Positions 49,152 to 59,829 are shown, counted from the stretch's first letter. The stretch is DNA of 64,000 bases from Planctomycetota bacterium (GCA_016190175.1 JACPRC010000202.1:11750-75749), one strand, 5' to 3'. Translations and numbers: made by a program. Notes: generated by a model from the letters alone, not told the origin.

Positions 49152-49273
49152 TGGTGCATTGTACCGCCCCGGTGAGGGCGGCGCAAGAAAGGGCCCGGCG
49201 CTCGCCGGAATTTCCTCTCCTGCCGCCCGCACCGCGGTATAATGTATGGGTCAGCCGTCGACGGATCGATACG

Positions 49274-52200
49274 ATGAAGACCGGCCTCCTCCCGGCCCTG
49301 GTCGCCGTTTGCGTTTGGCCCCTTGCGGCCGCGGCGCAGGGCATCAGCGCCGACAACGGCGCGCGCATCGAGGTGGCCAACGGCGCCGGCATCGAGGCCG
49401 TCTCGAGCGGCCTCTCCGCCGCCGGCGGAACCGTCGCCCTCACCGGCTCCGGCAGCACCCTGACGAGCGGAACCTCCACAATCGTCGACTCCTCCGGAAC
49501 GTTGTCGTTGTCGGGCGCCTGCACGCTCAAACCCGGCGCGTCCCTCTCGGTCGCGGGCGCCTTCTCCGCGGGCGGGACCGACCCGGACTTCCCGACGATC
49601 ACCTGGGACGGCGTCATCCGCTACGCCTTCACCCTGGGCGGCACGGTCGCCGTGGACGGCCTCCGCGTCTCCTACACCGACGCGGCCGGCATGAAGATCG
49701 ACACGACCGCGACCGTGAACGCGAACCGGCTCAAGAACGTCAAGTTCTCGAACGCCGCCAGTCCGGGCGTCTGGCTCAACTTCCGGGCCTCCGCCGCCGC
49801 CACGTACAGGGTCATCGACTGCGATTTCCCCACGGGGCTCGGCGCGGGTCAGTACAACGTTCGCACGCCGGCGGGATATCTCAATACGGTCAACGTGCGG
49901 GCGTTCACCGGCGGCTCCGCGGGCGAGACGAAGGAGGACGACACGGAGGTCGGGACGGTCTCGCCCGGCACGATCGTGTGGGCCGCCTCCTTCACGTGGA
50001 CCGGGGCCGTGAACACGAGCTGGACCACCGCCGGCAACTGGAGCCCGAGCGGTCCCCCCGGAGCGACCGACGACGCCGTCATCCCCGACGTCACGAACGA
50101 TCCCGTCATCAGCTCCGCGGTCTCGTGCAACTACTTGACGGTGCAGTCCGCGGCAGTCGTGACCCTCTCCTCCGGCGGGGCGCTGACGGTGAACGGAGAC
50201 CTGTCCAACAGCGGCACCTTCAGCTTCGCCGCGGGAACCTCGATCACCTTCGCCGGAACCGCCGCGCAGCTCTTCACGCCCGGCTCCACCAGCTACCTGA
50301 ACCTCGCCGTCAGCAAGTCGGCGGACGCCGTCACGCTCGCCGGAAACCTCACCGTGACGAACAACATGACCGTCTCGGCGGGCACGGTAACCCTGGGGAC
50401 CCGCACCGTCACTGTGAACGGGACGTTCGACGCCACCGGCGGGTCCGTGACCTTCACCGGCGCGGGCTATCTGACGCTCGGCGGCGCCGTCACGAGCCTC
50501 GGCACGTTCACCGCGTCCACGAGCACCGTCGACTATGCCTCCGCCTCCAGCCAGACCGTTCAGGACGTCATCTACTACAACCTTACGGTCAGCGGCGGGC
50601 AGACGGCAACGGCGGGGTTCAACATCACTCCCACGAAGCTCGGCGGCACGCTCACCATCTCCGGCGCCTCCATCCTGGACGTGAACGGCTCGTTCGACGC
50701 CACGGGCCGCGCCGTGACCTTCGGCGCGAACGGCACGCTCCGGCTCGGCGGCGCCGTCACGAGCCTCGGCGGCTTCACGGCGGGCACGGGGACCGTCATC
50801 TATGACGATACGGGAGCAAACCAGACGGTCGATCCGACGGCCTCCTACTACAACCTGACGATCGACAAGACGTCACGGACCGCCAACGTTCCCAACGGAG
50901 CCACGCTGACCCTGAGCAACGACCTCACGATCTTGAGCGGCACCCTCAGTGCCCCCAGCGCAGCCGCCATCAACGTCGGGCGAAACTGGACCAACAACGG
51001 CACCTTCTCCGCCGGAACGGTCGTCGTCACCCTGACCGGTACGGTCGCCGCCGCGATCACGGGCTCCTCGAACACGACGTTCAACGTCCTCAACATCGGC
51101 ACGACGCTGGGCGCCGGGGAGAGCAAGACCGTCGGCATCGGACACTCGACGCCTGCGTCGTCGCTCACGATCACCGCCAACGTCTTGACCATCGGTTCCA
51201 CGACGCAGACGACGGGCTCGACGCTCGTCTATCTCGGCAGCTACGGCGCCGGGAACAACTCCGTGGCCCAGACCCTGACCGTGAGCGGCAGCGTCACGAT
51301 CAACGTAGGCACCACGGGTGGCGGACAGCTTGCCTCCGTCGGCGCCCTCGCCCACGCCATCAACGTCGGCGGAACCTGGACGAACAACGGCTGGTTCGTT
51401 GCGGGCTCCAGCGTCACCACCTTCACTACGGCGGGGACCGCCGCCATCACCGGCTCCGCGAACACGACATTCAACATCCTCAACCTCGGGACGACGCTGG
51501 GCGCCGGCACCAAGATCGTCAACATCGGTCACTCGACCGCCGGCTCCGCGTTGACGATCACCGCCTCGACGCTGAACGTCGGCGCGACGACGGGCGGCAC
51601 CACAACCACCGTGAACCTCGGCAACAACGGCACCGCGGACAACACCGTTGCCCAGACCCTCACCGTCACGGGCGCGCTGACGATCAACGGTACGGGCACG
51701 AACACCCTGGCGGTCGGATCGAACGGCAGCCTCGCCCACGCGATCAACGTCGGGGGCAACTGGACCAAGAACGGCGCCTTCAGCCCCGGATCGGGCACCG
51801 TGACGTTCAACGGCGGTGCGCAGGCGATCCAGGGCTCGACGGCCACGGCCTTCTACAATGTCGCGATCGCGGCCTCCTCCACGACGACGCTCGGTCCGAG
51901 CATCGCCGCCAACACCCAGGTCGGCGGCTCGCTCACCGTAAGCGGCATCCTCCAGATCGGGGCCGCCAGCGGGCTCCTGGGCCAGGACTTGAGCGTCACG
52001 GGCGCGTTCACGATCAACACAGGCGGGACCGTGCAGCATACGAACGCGCAGAACCAGGTACACACCATCTGGATCAACGGAGATCTGGCGAACTCGGGAA
52101 CTCTCGACACCTATGCGGCCGCCAACCGCACGATCTGGCTGGAGTTCGTCGGAAGCGCGGGCACGACCATCACCGGGAACGGGACCTACGATCTGTGGAA

Positions 52201-55200
52201 GGTGGAGTTCGGCAAGGGCACCGCCGCCCTCACGGTAACGAACCAGTCGACGACCTTCTGGACGACCGGGGCATGGACCGACCCCTTGCCGGTCCGGTTC
52301 TATGCGGGCATCTACGTCCATGACAACTCCTCCACATGGGCCGCGACGAAGAATAACAGCGATTCCTTCGCGATGATCGAGAAAGACGCGGGCATCCGGG
52401 TCCTGCAAGGGACCGTCGCGTTTTCCACCCTGGGAACCCCGTCCATCCTCTACCTGCGCGGCAAACTCGAAATCCAAGGCGGCGCCGTCACGGTCGGCGA
52501 CGCCGCGGACGAGAGGATCCTCTACGACCTCACTACCGGCGCCACCCCCCAGTTCACGATCTCCTCCGGATCGCTGACGTGCGCCGGCAGGTTCTCGAGC
52601 AATGCGGGCACGGACACCGTCACCTGGAACCAGAGCGGCGGGACCGTCACGCTCGTCACGATCGGATCCACCAGTGCGACCGAAGCCGGCCTGAATATCG
52701 GCAACACCGGCTCCTCCTTCACCATGTCGGCCGGGACGATCGTTTTCCAGCGCGCGACGAGCAACGCGTCGGACGTCACGCTCCTCGCCGCGACCTCCAG
52801 CGTCACCGGCGGCACGTTCCAATTCGGCAACGCGAGCACGCCGAACGCGACGACGTTTCGCGTCAATTCCACCGTCCCGCTCCCGAACGCGGTCGTCAAC
52901 GGCACCGCGGCCGTGGGGACAAAACCCAAGCTCACGCCCGTCGCGGCCCTGAGCGTCAAGTACGACCTGACGATCCAGTCGGACTGCGAGCTCGCTTGGA
53001 ACAGCTACGCCATCGCCGTCGGCGGCAACTGGACGAACGACGGCACCTTCACCCCCGGGGCGACTGGCACGGTCACCTTCAACGGCACGACGCAGGCGAT
53101 CCAGGGCGCCGCGAGCACGGTCTTCCAGAACCTCACGATCGGCGGCACCTCCACGACGACGATCAACCCCGGCTCGGGCATCAACACGGACGTCCGCGGC
53201 ACTCTTTCGGTGAGCGGCGTGCTCGTCCTCGCGAATTCGAAGACCCTGCGGATTGGCAGGTCGATCGCCTCCGGCACCGCCTCGATCTCCGGCACCCTCC
53301 GCACGACCTCCGGCACCGGCCTCCGCCCCGCGATCGCCGCGGTCGACAGCGTGAACTGGCGCCACTCCTTCACCGTGACCGGCACCATCGACGTGAACGG
53401 GCTGGACTTCTCGGGGGCGGACGCGAACGGCCTCTACCTCAACGGGGCAACCATCACAAGCCTCCAGAACGTGATCTTCCGCGACGTCGCATCCGGGGGC
53501 ACCCACCTCCGCGTCTCGCTCGCCGCGGGCAACGCATCCTGCCGCGGCTGCTTCTTCGACACCCTCACCGGCGGCGCGAAGAACGTCACCGCCGCCGACT
53601 CCGGCGGAGCCTCCGACGTCTTCCTTCGTTTCGAACAGCACAACTCCAAGACATCCGCGTCCGACCTTTCCACCACGGCGGCAAGCGCGATCGTGACCTC
53701 AGCAACCGCCGCCTTCGTCACGAACGGCGTCGCGGCGGGCGATTCGCTCCTCATCGTCAGCGGGCAGAATCAAGGGCTCTACAGGATTTCGAGCGTGGAC
53801 AGCGCGACGCAGCTCACGCTGACGACGACCGTCGCGAACACGGCAGGCTCGCAGTACTTCCATGTCGCGACCGGCCCGCCCACCGGCCCCGGCGCGGGCG
53901 AGGCCAACGACGCGGACAACGACAACACGCCGCAGGACGGCGTCGCGGACGTGATCCCCGGCGCGGTCGTCCAGTGGATCTCCGGCGCGGGTGACGCGCT
54001 TCAGGGGACGCTCCAGGGCATCCCCACCGCGGCGTGCGATCCGGTGACTTGCGCCTACTACGCGACCTACGTCGTCACGCGCGACGCGGTCGCGGGGACC
54101 GACCGCATATGGGCACTCGACCGCCTCGGCCGGGTCCTCTACTCCTACGATGTCGCGAGCGGCTACGGCGACATCGTCGGCACCCCGGCATGGACGCGCA
54201 TCGGCAGCGACCACGTCGTCTTCTTCGGAACGACGGGCGGCTATCTCTTCTACCTGAAGGACACGGGAAGCGCGCTCGTGGACTTCAACGGCAGTTGGCC
54301 CTTCAAACCCGCCGCCGTCGACGAGGTGACCTCGCCGGTCGTCACCGACGGGACGAACCTCTACTTCGGAGGGTTGGAGCTGGGCACGCCGAAGCTGTTC
54401 GCCTACGCGATCTCCGACAAGGCGCAGGCGATGGCGCGCCTCTCGACGGGCGCGATTCGCGGTCGCCCCACGGTCTCCACGATCTCCGGCACGAAGTACG
54501 TCTTCGCCGCGACCGATTACACAGGTGTCAACGCGGTAGCGTGGCGCTTCGACGTCGTGACCCCAGCCAACGACGTCTCGAACACGGATTCCAAGCTGTA
54601 CCACATCCGCGCCGACACGCTTCTCGTCGCGGGCAAGCTCTACCTCGCCGACTGGGGCGGTCGCGTCCACATGATCGCCGCCGGCGGCACGTTTGCGGCC
54701 AACGATTGGAGCTACTACGACGCGATCCACGACCCGCCGGCAGCGAGTCCGGGGCCGGACAACGGGGCCATCTCCGCGCCGCCTTTCGTCAACGTCAACA
54801 ACGGCGACGTCTTCTTCGGCGACGCCGACGGCCACGTCTATCGGCTCACCTCCGCGGGCGGTTTCGGCTGGCGCGTATCGCCGGACGGGACCGCCATCAC
54901 GACCTGCCCCAAGCTCGTCGCGGGGAGTGTCTGGGTCGGCAGCTTCGGCGGGACGCTCTACCGCCTCAACATGGCCGACGGCGCCATCATCGAGAGGTGG
55001 AACCTCGGCACGACGCCGGTGTACGGCCTCGACTACCAGTCCTGCATCGGCAAGCTCTTCGCCTACGCGGGCGGCCGCGTCTACTCGTTCGACGTCGCCG
55101 CCAACAGCGCGCCCCTCGCTCCGACCGGACTGACGACGGAAGGCGCGATCAACCCTTCGGGCGTCACCGACGGGACCCCCGACTTTTCCGCGACGCACAA

Positions 55201-57613
55201 CGACCCGGACGGCGATGCCGCCATCGCCTACCGCATCCAGGTCTCGACGGACAACACGTTCGCGAGCGTGACCCACTGGGACTCGGAGCGCACCGACATC
55301 GCGCCGCTTCCGTCGGGAAGTCCCAAGGCGATCGTCTACGCCGGCTCCACGCTCTCCTGGTACACCACGTACTACTGGCGCATCCAGTTCTTCGATTCGT
55401 ACTGCCCCGAGGGGGCGTGGAGCGCCACGGCGCAGTTCACCACGGCGACGCCGTCCGCCGCGCTCCCCAACGAGGGTTCCGGCACCGACGGCTGGAACAT
55501 GATCGTCATGCCGACCGACACGCCGGTGTCGGCCGGCCAGCTCGCCGACGACATGCCGAGCTGGGTCGTGTACCAGTGGAACGAAGAGACGCGCAACTAC
55601 GAGTGGATGCCCTCCGGCGGAACCCTCCTGGCGGGCCGCGCCTACTTCGCATGGAACGACGCCGCGCCCGACACGGTCACGGTGGGAGCGGGCGTCGTGT
55701 CGATGAGGCAGCCCATCGACCGGCAGTACAACTACACGCGAAGCCAGTTCATCCTGCTCTCGAGCCAGATCGGCACGGGCATGGTCATCGACAAGATCCG
55801 CTTCGCCGAGAACAGCTCCCCCGGGGCCAACATCGACATCGACAACCTCCAGGTCCGGCTGAGACACACGAGCTCCGCGACCATTGCGTCCTTCGACACG
55901 TCGGGCGACCTCGTCTATAACGGCCCCTATACCCTCGTCGTCGGGACCGGAGTGGTGGAGATCGACATCACGAACTGGAGCTACAACGGCACGGACAACC
56001 TGGAGATCTATGTCTATTCGAGCGACCCCTGGGTCGCCGGCTATCCGACCTGGAATCTCACGGACACCGGCGCGAACCGCCACATCTACGCCTACGACGA
56101 CGTCGTGGACCCTCCTACGAACACGACCACGACGACCAACGTCCCCAACGTGACGCTCGTCTCCACCTTCGGCACCACGACCGTAGACCTGTCCACCGGC
56201 ACCGCGCGCAAGGGCGACTTCAGGATCAGCACATCCGCAAACGCCGTCGCCGGCGACAGCAATGCGACGTTCCCGCTCCGGTTCGACACGTACGGCGGGC
56301 CGATCGGGCCCTACGAATCCGCCGCGAATCAGTTCCGCGGCTGGCATCTCGTCGGCCATCCCTTCGCCGACACCGTGAGCTGGGACACCGGCGTGGCCCG
56401 CGTGAACGTGGACGCGACCTCCTACTACTGGGACGGGTCGATCCAGCAGTACCGCGGGTGGAACGCCGCGACGCACACGGCCTACAACGGCGGTACGGCA
56501 AACATGGGACCCTACGCCGGCCGCTGGATCCTCGTCTCCTCCGACACGAACTCGGTCACCTTCGCCGATCCCACGCTCTCGTCCGCCCCCGACCCGCTGC
56601 CGCCGCCGTTCGACGCGAACTGGTGGCTCCTCCGGATCAAGGTCGATTCCGGCGGCACCGGAGACTGGGGCAACGACGCCGGCGTCCACCCCGGGGCCGC
56701 CGACGCGTGGGACGAGCGCGACGCGCGCGACCCGGGCACGATGGCGAACCCGTGGGTCAAGGCGTACTTCCCCCACCCCGAGTGGGCGGATCCCCGCAAC
56801 GCGGACTACGCCATGGACGTGCGCAAGACGCCGTTCACGCAGGGCTCCGTCGTGACCTGGACCCTGCGCGTCGACACCAACACCGGCGCTCCGGTGACGC
56901 TCGCGTGGCCCAATCTCGGCGACCTCCCGCCGAACTGGACCTTCACGATCACCGACACCGCGACGGCCGTGACGATGCCGCTCACTCCGGGCGGCTCCTA
57001 CACCTACACCGCCGCGTCCCGCGACTTCACGATCGCGGCGACGCGCGACGACACCGCCGTGGGGATCCTGGAGATCAATGCCGTGCCCGTCCCGCACAGC
57101 ACGCTGCCGCCCGGCACGCCCGGCATGAAGATGCTCGAATTCACCACGAAGGCGTATCTCGAGGGCATCGCGATCTCGCAGGTCGCGATCCGCGGGAGCG
57201 GCTCCGGGAACGAGATGACCGTGGCCTCGGCCTACCTCATCCTCGACGCCGACGGGAACGGGACGTACGACCCCGGCGACCTCGTCGCGGGGACGGGCGT
57301 CTTCGCGGCGGACGACGGCACGGTCACCTTCGCGGTGAACGTCACGGTCCCCCTGGGCGAGACGAAGCACTGGTACGTCGTCTACGACTTCGGCTCGTCC
57401 GCGGGCACCTTCGTCGCGTCGCTCGATCCCGCCGACATCGCCGCGACGGGCACGTTGACCTCCCTGGCTCCGTCGAAGCTCGGCGCCGTCGTCACAGGCG
57501 GCACGAAGACCGTGCAGGCGCCGGACGAGCCCGAGGGCGGCGGCTGCGGCACGGTCGGTCTCGAGGCGCTCCTGCTCCTCGGAATCCTTGCGCTGCGCCG
57601 CCGCCGCAGGTAG
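49274..57613 (+). CDS. Giant (2779 aa) secreted β-helix / β-propeller surface protein with C-terminal PEP-CTERM sorting signal
   Basis: Signal peptide MKTGLLPALVAVCVWPLAAAAQG. Hundreds of residues of T/G/S/N-rich YNLT(V/I)-type β-helical repeats, a PQQ-like β-propeller stretch (about 54.0-55.1 kb) and an FN3-like module. C-terminus PDEPEGGGCGTVGLEALLLLGILALRRRRR* is a PEP-like motif, transmembrane helix and Arg cluster. Confidence 0.8.
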   Translation: MKTGLLPALVAVCVWPLAAAAQGISADNGARIEVANGAGIEAVSSGLSAAGGTVALTGSGSTLTSGTSTIVDSSGTLSLSGACTLKPGASLSVAGAFSAGGTDPDFPTITWDGVIRYAFTLGGTVAVDGLRVSYTDAAGMKIDTTATVNANRLKNVKFSNAASPGVWLNFRASAAATYRVIDCDFPTGLGAGQYNVRTPAGYLNTVNVRAFTGGSAGETKEDDTEVGTVSPGTIVWAASFTWTGAVNTSWTTAGNWSPSGPPGATDDAVIPDVTNDPVISSAVSCNYLTVQSAAVVTLSSGGALTVNGDLSNSGTFSFAAGTSITFAGTAAQLFTPGSTSYLNLAVSKSADAVTLAGNLTVTNNMTVSAGTVTLGTRTVTVNGTFDATGGSVTFTGAGYLTLGGAVTSLGTFTASTSTVDYASASSQTVQDVIYYNLTVSGGQTATAGFNITPTKLGGTLTISGASILDVNGSFDATGRAVTFGANGTLRLGGAVTSLGGFTAGTGTVIYDDTGANQTVDPTASYYNLTIDKTSRTANVPNGATLTLSNDLTILSGTLSAPSAAAINVGRNWTNNGTFSAGTVVVTLTGTVAAAITGSSNTTFNVLNIGTTLGAGESKTVGIGHSTPASSLTITANVLTIGSTTQTTGSTLVYLGSYGAGNNSVAQTLTVSGSVTINVGTTGGGQLASVGALAHAINVGGTWTNNGWFVAGSSVTTFTTAGTAAITGSANTTFNILNLGTTLGAGTKIVNIGHSTAGSALTITASTLNVGATTGGTTTTVNLGNNGTADNTVAQTLTVTGALTINGTGTNTLAVGSNGSLAHAINVGGNWTKNGAFSPGSGTVTFNGGAQAIQGSTATAFYNVAIAASSTTTLGPSIAANTQVGGSLTVSGILQIGAASGLLGQDLSVTGAFTINTGGTVQHTNAQNQVHTIWINGDLANSGTLDTYAAANRTIWLEFVGSAGTTITGNGTYDLWKVEFGKGTAALTVTNQSTTFWTTGAWTDPLPVRFYAGIYVHDNSSTWAATKNNSDSFAMIEKDAGIRVLQGTVAFSTLGTPSILYLRGKLEIQGGAVTVGDAADERILYDLTTGATPQFTISSGSLTCAGRFSSNAGTDTVTWNQSGGTVTLVTIGSTSATEAGLNIGNTGSSFTMSAGTIVFQRATSNASDVTLLAATSSVTGGTFQFGNASTPNATTFRVNSTVPLPNAVVNGTAAVGTKPKLTPVAALSVKYDLTIQSDCELAWNSYAIAVGGNWTNDGTFTPGATGTVTFNGTTQAIQGAASTVFQNLTIGGTSTTTINPGSGINTDVRGTLSVSGVLVLANSKTLRIGRSIASGTASISGTLRTTSGTGLRPAIAAVDSVNWRHSFTVTGTIDVNGLDFSGADANGLYLNGATITSLQNVIFRDVASGGTHLRVSLAAGNASCRGCFFDTLTGGAKNVTAADSGGASDVFLRFEQHNSKTSASDLSTTAASAIVTSATAAFVTNGVAAGDSLLIVSGQNQGLYRISSVDSATQLTLTTTVANTAGSQYFHVATGPPTGPGAGEANDADNDNTPQDGVADVIPGAVVQWISGAGDALQGTLQGIPTAACDPVTCAYYATYVVTRDAVAGTDRIWALDRLGRVLYSYDVASGYGDIVGTPAWTRIGSDHVVFFGTTGGYLFYLKDTGSALVDFNGSWPFKPAAVDEVTSPVVTDGTNLYFGGLELGTPKLFAYAISDKAQAMARLSTGAIRGRPTVSTISGTKYVFAATDYTGVNAVAWRFDVVTPANDVSNTDSKLYHIRADTLLVAGKLYLADWGGRVHMIAAGGTFAANDWSYYDAIHDPPAASPGPDNGAISAPPFVNVNNGDVFFGDADGHVYRLTSAGGFGWRVSPDGTAITTCPKLVAGSVWVGSFGGTLYRLNMADGAIIERWNLGTTPVYGLDYQSCIGKLFAYAGGRVYSFDVAANSAPLAPTGLTTEGAINPSGVTDGTPDFSATHNDPDGDAAIAYRIQVSTDNTFASVTHWDSERTDIAPLPSGSPKAIVYAGSTLSWYTTYYWRIQFFDSYCPEGAWSATAQFTTATPSAALPNEGSGTDGWNMIVMPTDTPVSAGQLADDMPSWVVYQWNEETRNYEWMPSGGTLLAGRAYFAWNDAAPDTVTVGAGVVSMRQPIDRQYNYTRSQFILLSSQIGTGMVIDKIRFAENSSPGANIDIDNLQVRLRHTSSATIASFDTSGDLVYNGPYTLVVGTGVVEIDITNWSYNGTDNLEIYVYSSDPWVAGYPTWNLTDTGANRHIYAYDDVVDPPTNTTTTTNVPNVTLVSTFGTTTVDLSTGTARKGDFRISTSANAVAGDSNATFPLRFDTYGGPIGPYESAANQFRGWHLVGHPFADTVSWDTGVARVNVDATSYYWDGSIQQYRGWNAATHTAYNGGTANMGPYAGRWILVSSDTNSVTFADPTLSSAPDPLPPPFDANWWLLRIKVDSGGTGDWGNDAGVHPGAADAWDERDARDPGTMANPWVKAYFPHPEWADPRNADYAMDVRKTPFTQGSVVTWTLRVDTNTGAPVTLAWPNLGDLPPNWTFTITDTATAVTMPLTPGGSYTYTAASRDFTIAATRDDTAVGILEINAVPVPHSTLPPGTPGMKMLEFTTKAYLEGIAISQVAIRGSGSGNEMTVASAYLILDADGNGTYDPGDLVAGTGVFAADDGTVTFAVNVTVPLGETKHWYVVYDFGSSAGTFVASLDPADIAATGTLTSLAPSKLGAVVTGGTKTVQAPDEPEGGGCGTVGLEALLLLGILALRRRRR

Positions 57614-57622
57614 GTTGCGATC

Positions 57623-58537
57623 GTGCGCCGCGAGGAGATGGAACTCTGCCGCCTGGCGATCGAACGGGGCTGGATCACGCCCCGCGAGATCGATGTCGTC
57701 CTGCGCGAACGGGACGTGGAGAGCGCCGCGACGCTGGGGACGCGCAACATCAAGCCGATGGGCATCCTCCTCGTGGCCCACGGCTTCCTCACGGACGTCC
57801 AGCTCCGCGAGCTCCAGGAGCAGCTCAGGAACCGCGGCGTGCGGCCGATCTTCGATCGCACGCTTCTGGGGCAACTCCTGCTCGAGGACAAGCTCATCAC
57901 GCGCGAGGCGCTCGACCAGGCGCTGGAAGCGCAGCGGAACCACGCGGCGCAGGGACGACGCAGGAGGATCGGCGAGATCCTCGTCGAGATGAAGTGCGTC
58001 GAGGCCTCCGCGGTCATCGCCGCCCTGCGGAAGCAGCGCAAGGAGATCCTCGAGTGCCCGGGATGCAGCGCGCGCTTCAACGTGTTCGACTACGCCTCCA
58101 CGGGCCGCTACGCGTGCCCCAAGTGCAACTCCCAACTGCGCGCCGGGACGATGCTGCTCGACGTGGACGATACGACCATCGGCATCAAGCCCGCGTCCGA
58201 GGCCGATCTCCCCGCGACCGTCGCGGCCCAGACCGGGCCGAAGGTCCATTTCGGGAAGTTCGTCGTGATGCGGGAGCTCTTCCGGTCCGCGGAGGGTCCG
58301 GTCCATCTCGGCTGGCAGAAAGACCAGGGCCGCTTCGTGGCGCTTCTCTTCCTGGCCGCCGATCCGCCCACCGGCTACGCGGGGAAGATCGCGGTGCGGT
58401 TCACCCACGAGGCGCAGTCCCACCAGGTCCGGCTGGCAGGCTTCCTCGAGTCGGGCGCCTACGAAGGGCGCCGCTACGTCTCCTGGGGCCTCCAGGAAGT
58501 TCCCGGCACCCAGGGCTCGGCCCCGACGTCGACATAG
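57623..58537 (+). CDS. Truncated paralog of the T2SSE_N-repeat Ser/Thr kinases: three helical repeats, a zinc ribbon and a degenerate kinase N-lobe stub
   Basis: LCRLAIERGWITPREIDVVLRE / AHGFLTDVQLRELQEQ / EDKLITREALDQALEAQ; CPGC...CPKC; then GKFVVMRELFRSAEGPVHLGWQKDQGRFVALLFL. No catalytic HRD/DFG motifs. Confidence 0.5.
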   Translation: MRREEMELCRLAIERGWITPREIDVVLRERDVESAATLGTRNIKPMGILLVAHGFLTDVQLRELQEQLRNRGVRPIFDRTLLGQLLLEDKLITREALDQALEAQRNHAAQGRRRRIGEILVEMKCVEASAVIAALRKQRKEILECPGCSARFNVFDYASTGRYACPKCNSQLRAGTMLLDVDDTTIGIKPASEADLPATVAAQTGPKVHFGKFVVMRELFRSAEGPVHLGWQKDQGRFVALLFLAADPPTGYAGKIAVRFTHEAQSHQVRLAGFLESGAYEGRRYVSWGLQEVPGTQGSAPTST

Positions 58538-58640
58538 CCTGCCCCCTCTTCCCCTCCCCCCCTCTCCCTATCCCCCTCGATTCCCCTTGAAGCCCCCCGC
58601 CTTCGCCGCTACTCTGTCGCACCTCTTCAGAAAGGACCCG

Positions 58641-59819
58641 ATGATCGCATCCTCCCTCGCGCTGCTCCTCGCCGCCCTCCAGGATGGCGCCACCGTCGTC
58701 GACGGACAACCCGACATGCTCGTCATCATGAATGCCGCGTCGGGCTTCTCCACCGGCCGGGGAAAGGCGACGATCCTCCTCTCGACGCCCGACGGACCTT
58801 CCGTCGCAGCCGTCCCCGCGGACACCGTCTCCGTGGCGGTCGTCGTGCGGGGCGAGGAACGGACCGTGGATCTCACCGGCGCCCCGCGCGCGAAGGAAGT
58901 CGACTCCCTCCCCGGCGTCACCGTCGCGACGTCCGGGGAGAAGCTCGTCGTCACCAATCGGGGCGAGCCGCTCGTCGCCGTCGTCTACGTCCGCAACGAG
59001 AGGAACCAGGACCGCTACATCGAGGCAACCGTCATCCGGAACGAGGCATCGTTCCCGCTCGCGGCGGACCGGCGGCTCCTGCTCGTCAGGACCGGTGCGG
59101 CGCCCCTCTGTCAGAGACTCTCCCTCGCCCCCCCGGCGTCGCGTCCCCCGGGCGACGATCCCCAGGGGTTCCGCTCCGTCTTCGACGGCTTCACTCTGCG
59201 CCCCGTCGGCCTGCGCATCGCCCCGAAGCTGTACTCGCTCTGGAACGCCGACCTGCGCGTCGACGAGATCGAGGCGACGGTACAGGACGAGATGTTCCCG
59301 AAGTCGACCCTCCAGTACACGGACCTCAAACGCCTCGGATTTCAACCCGGACTCGACCTGACGCTCGATCTCGGTTCGATCTCCTTCGGCGTGGAAGGGA
59401 CGATCGGGAGGTTCCAGGCCCGGGCCACGCAGACCCTCTTCTCCGGCTTCGTGCTCGGAGGCACGATCGAGAACGAGACCGAGATCGAGGGCAAGTCCCT
59501 CATGATCGCCGGTCACCTCGACCTCAATCTCGTCGACTACCTCGCGGGCGACTGGGACTTCGGCATCGCCGTAGGGGTCAAGGTCTCGTACGTTCGTCTC
59601 GAGCCCGACGAATCCGATCCCGACGCGTTCGCGTTTTCCGAGGATCTGAAGAAGGACCTCTCCCTCTGGTGGCTGGAGCCGCGCCTTTCGGGGAACGTCG
59701 AGTGGCGGGGCTGGACGTTCCCCATCGGCCTGGTCACGTCCGTCGGTTTCCCGATCGCCGGGGACGTCCGCGGGGGCGTGGACTGGCAGATCGACCTGGG
59801 AATCACGATCCGCTTTTGA
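58641..59819 (+). CDS. Hypothetical secreted protein, probable outer-membrane β-barrel (C-terminal F)
   Basis: aaagga SD. Signal peptide MIASSLALLLAALQDG. Alternating amphipathic β-strand pattern near the C-terminus, ending ...GITIRF*. Confidence 0.45.
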   Translation: MIASSLALLLAALQDGATVVDGQPDMLVIMNAASGFSTGRGKATILLSTPDGPSVAAVPADTVSVAVVVRGEERTVDLTGAPRAKEVDSLPGVTVATSGEKLVVTNRGEPLVAVVYVRNERNQDRYIEATVIRNEASFPLAADRRLLLVRTGAAPLCQRLSLAPPASRPPGDDPQGFRSVFDGFTLRPVGLRIAPKLYSLWNADLRVDEIEATVQDEMFPKSTLQYTDLKRLGFQPGLDLTLDLGSISFGVEGTIGRFQARATQTLFSGFVLGGTIENETEIEGKSLMIAGHLDLNLVDYLAGDWDFGIAVGVKVSYVRLEPDESDPDAFAFSEDLKKDLSLWWLEPRLSGNVEWRGWTFPIGLVTSVGFPIAGDVRGGVDWQIDLGITIRF

Positions 59820-59829
59820 CGAGGGCCCC

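Noticed and set aside
49246-58423. ORFs 49246..50805 (+), 50873..53641 (-), 52579..53994 (+), 53699..58423 (-), 54034..55920 (+)
   Set aside because: Alternate or antisense frames of the giant β-helix gene. The Thr/Gly-rich repeat frame ending in PEP-CTERM is the coherent product.
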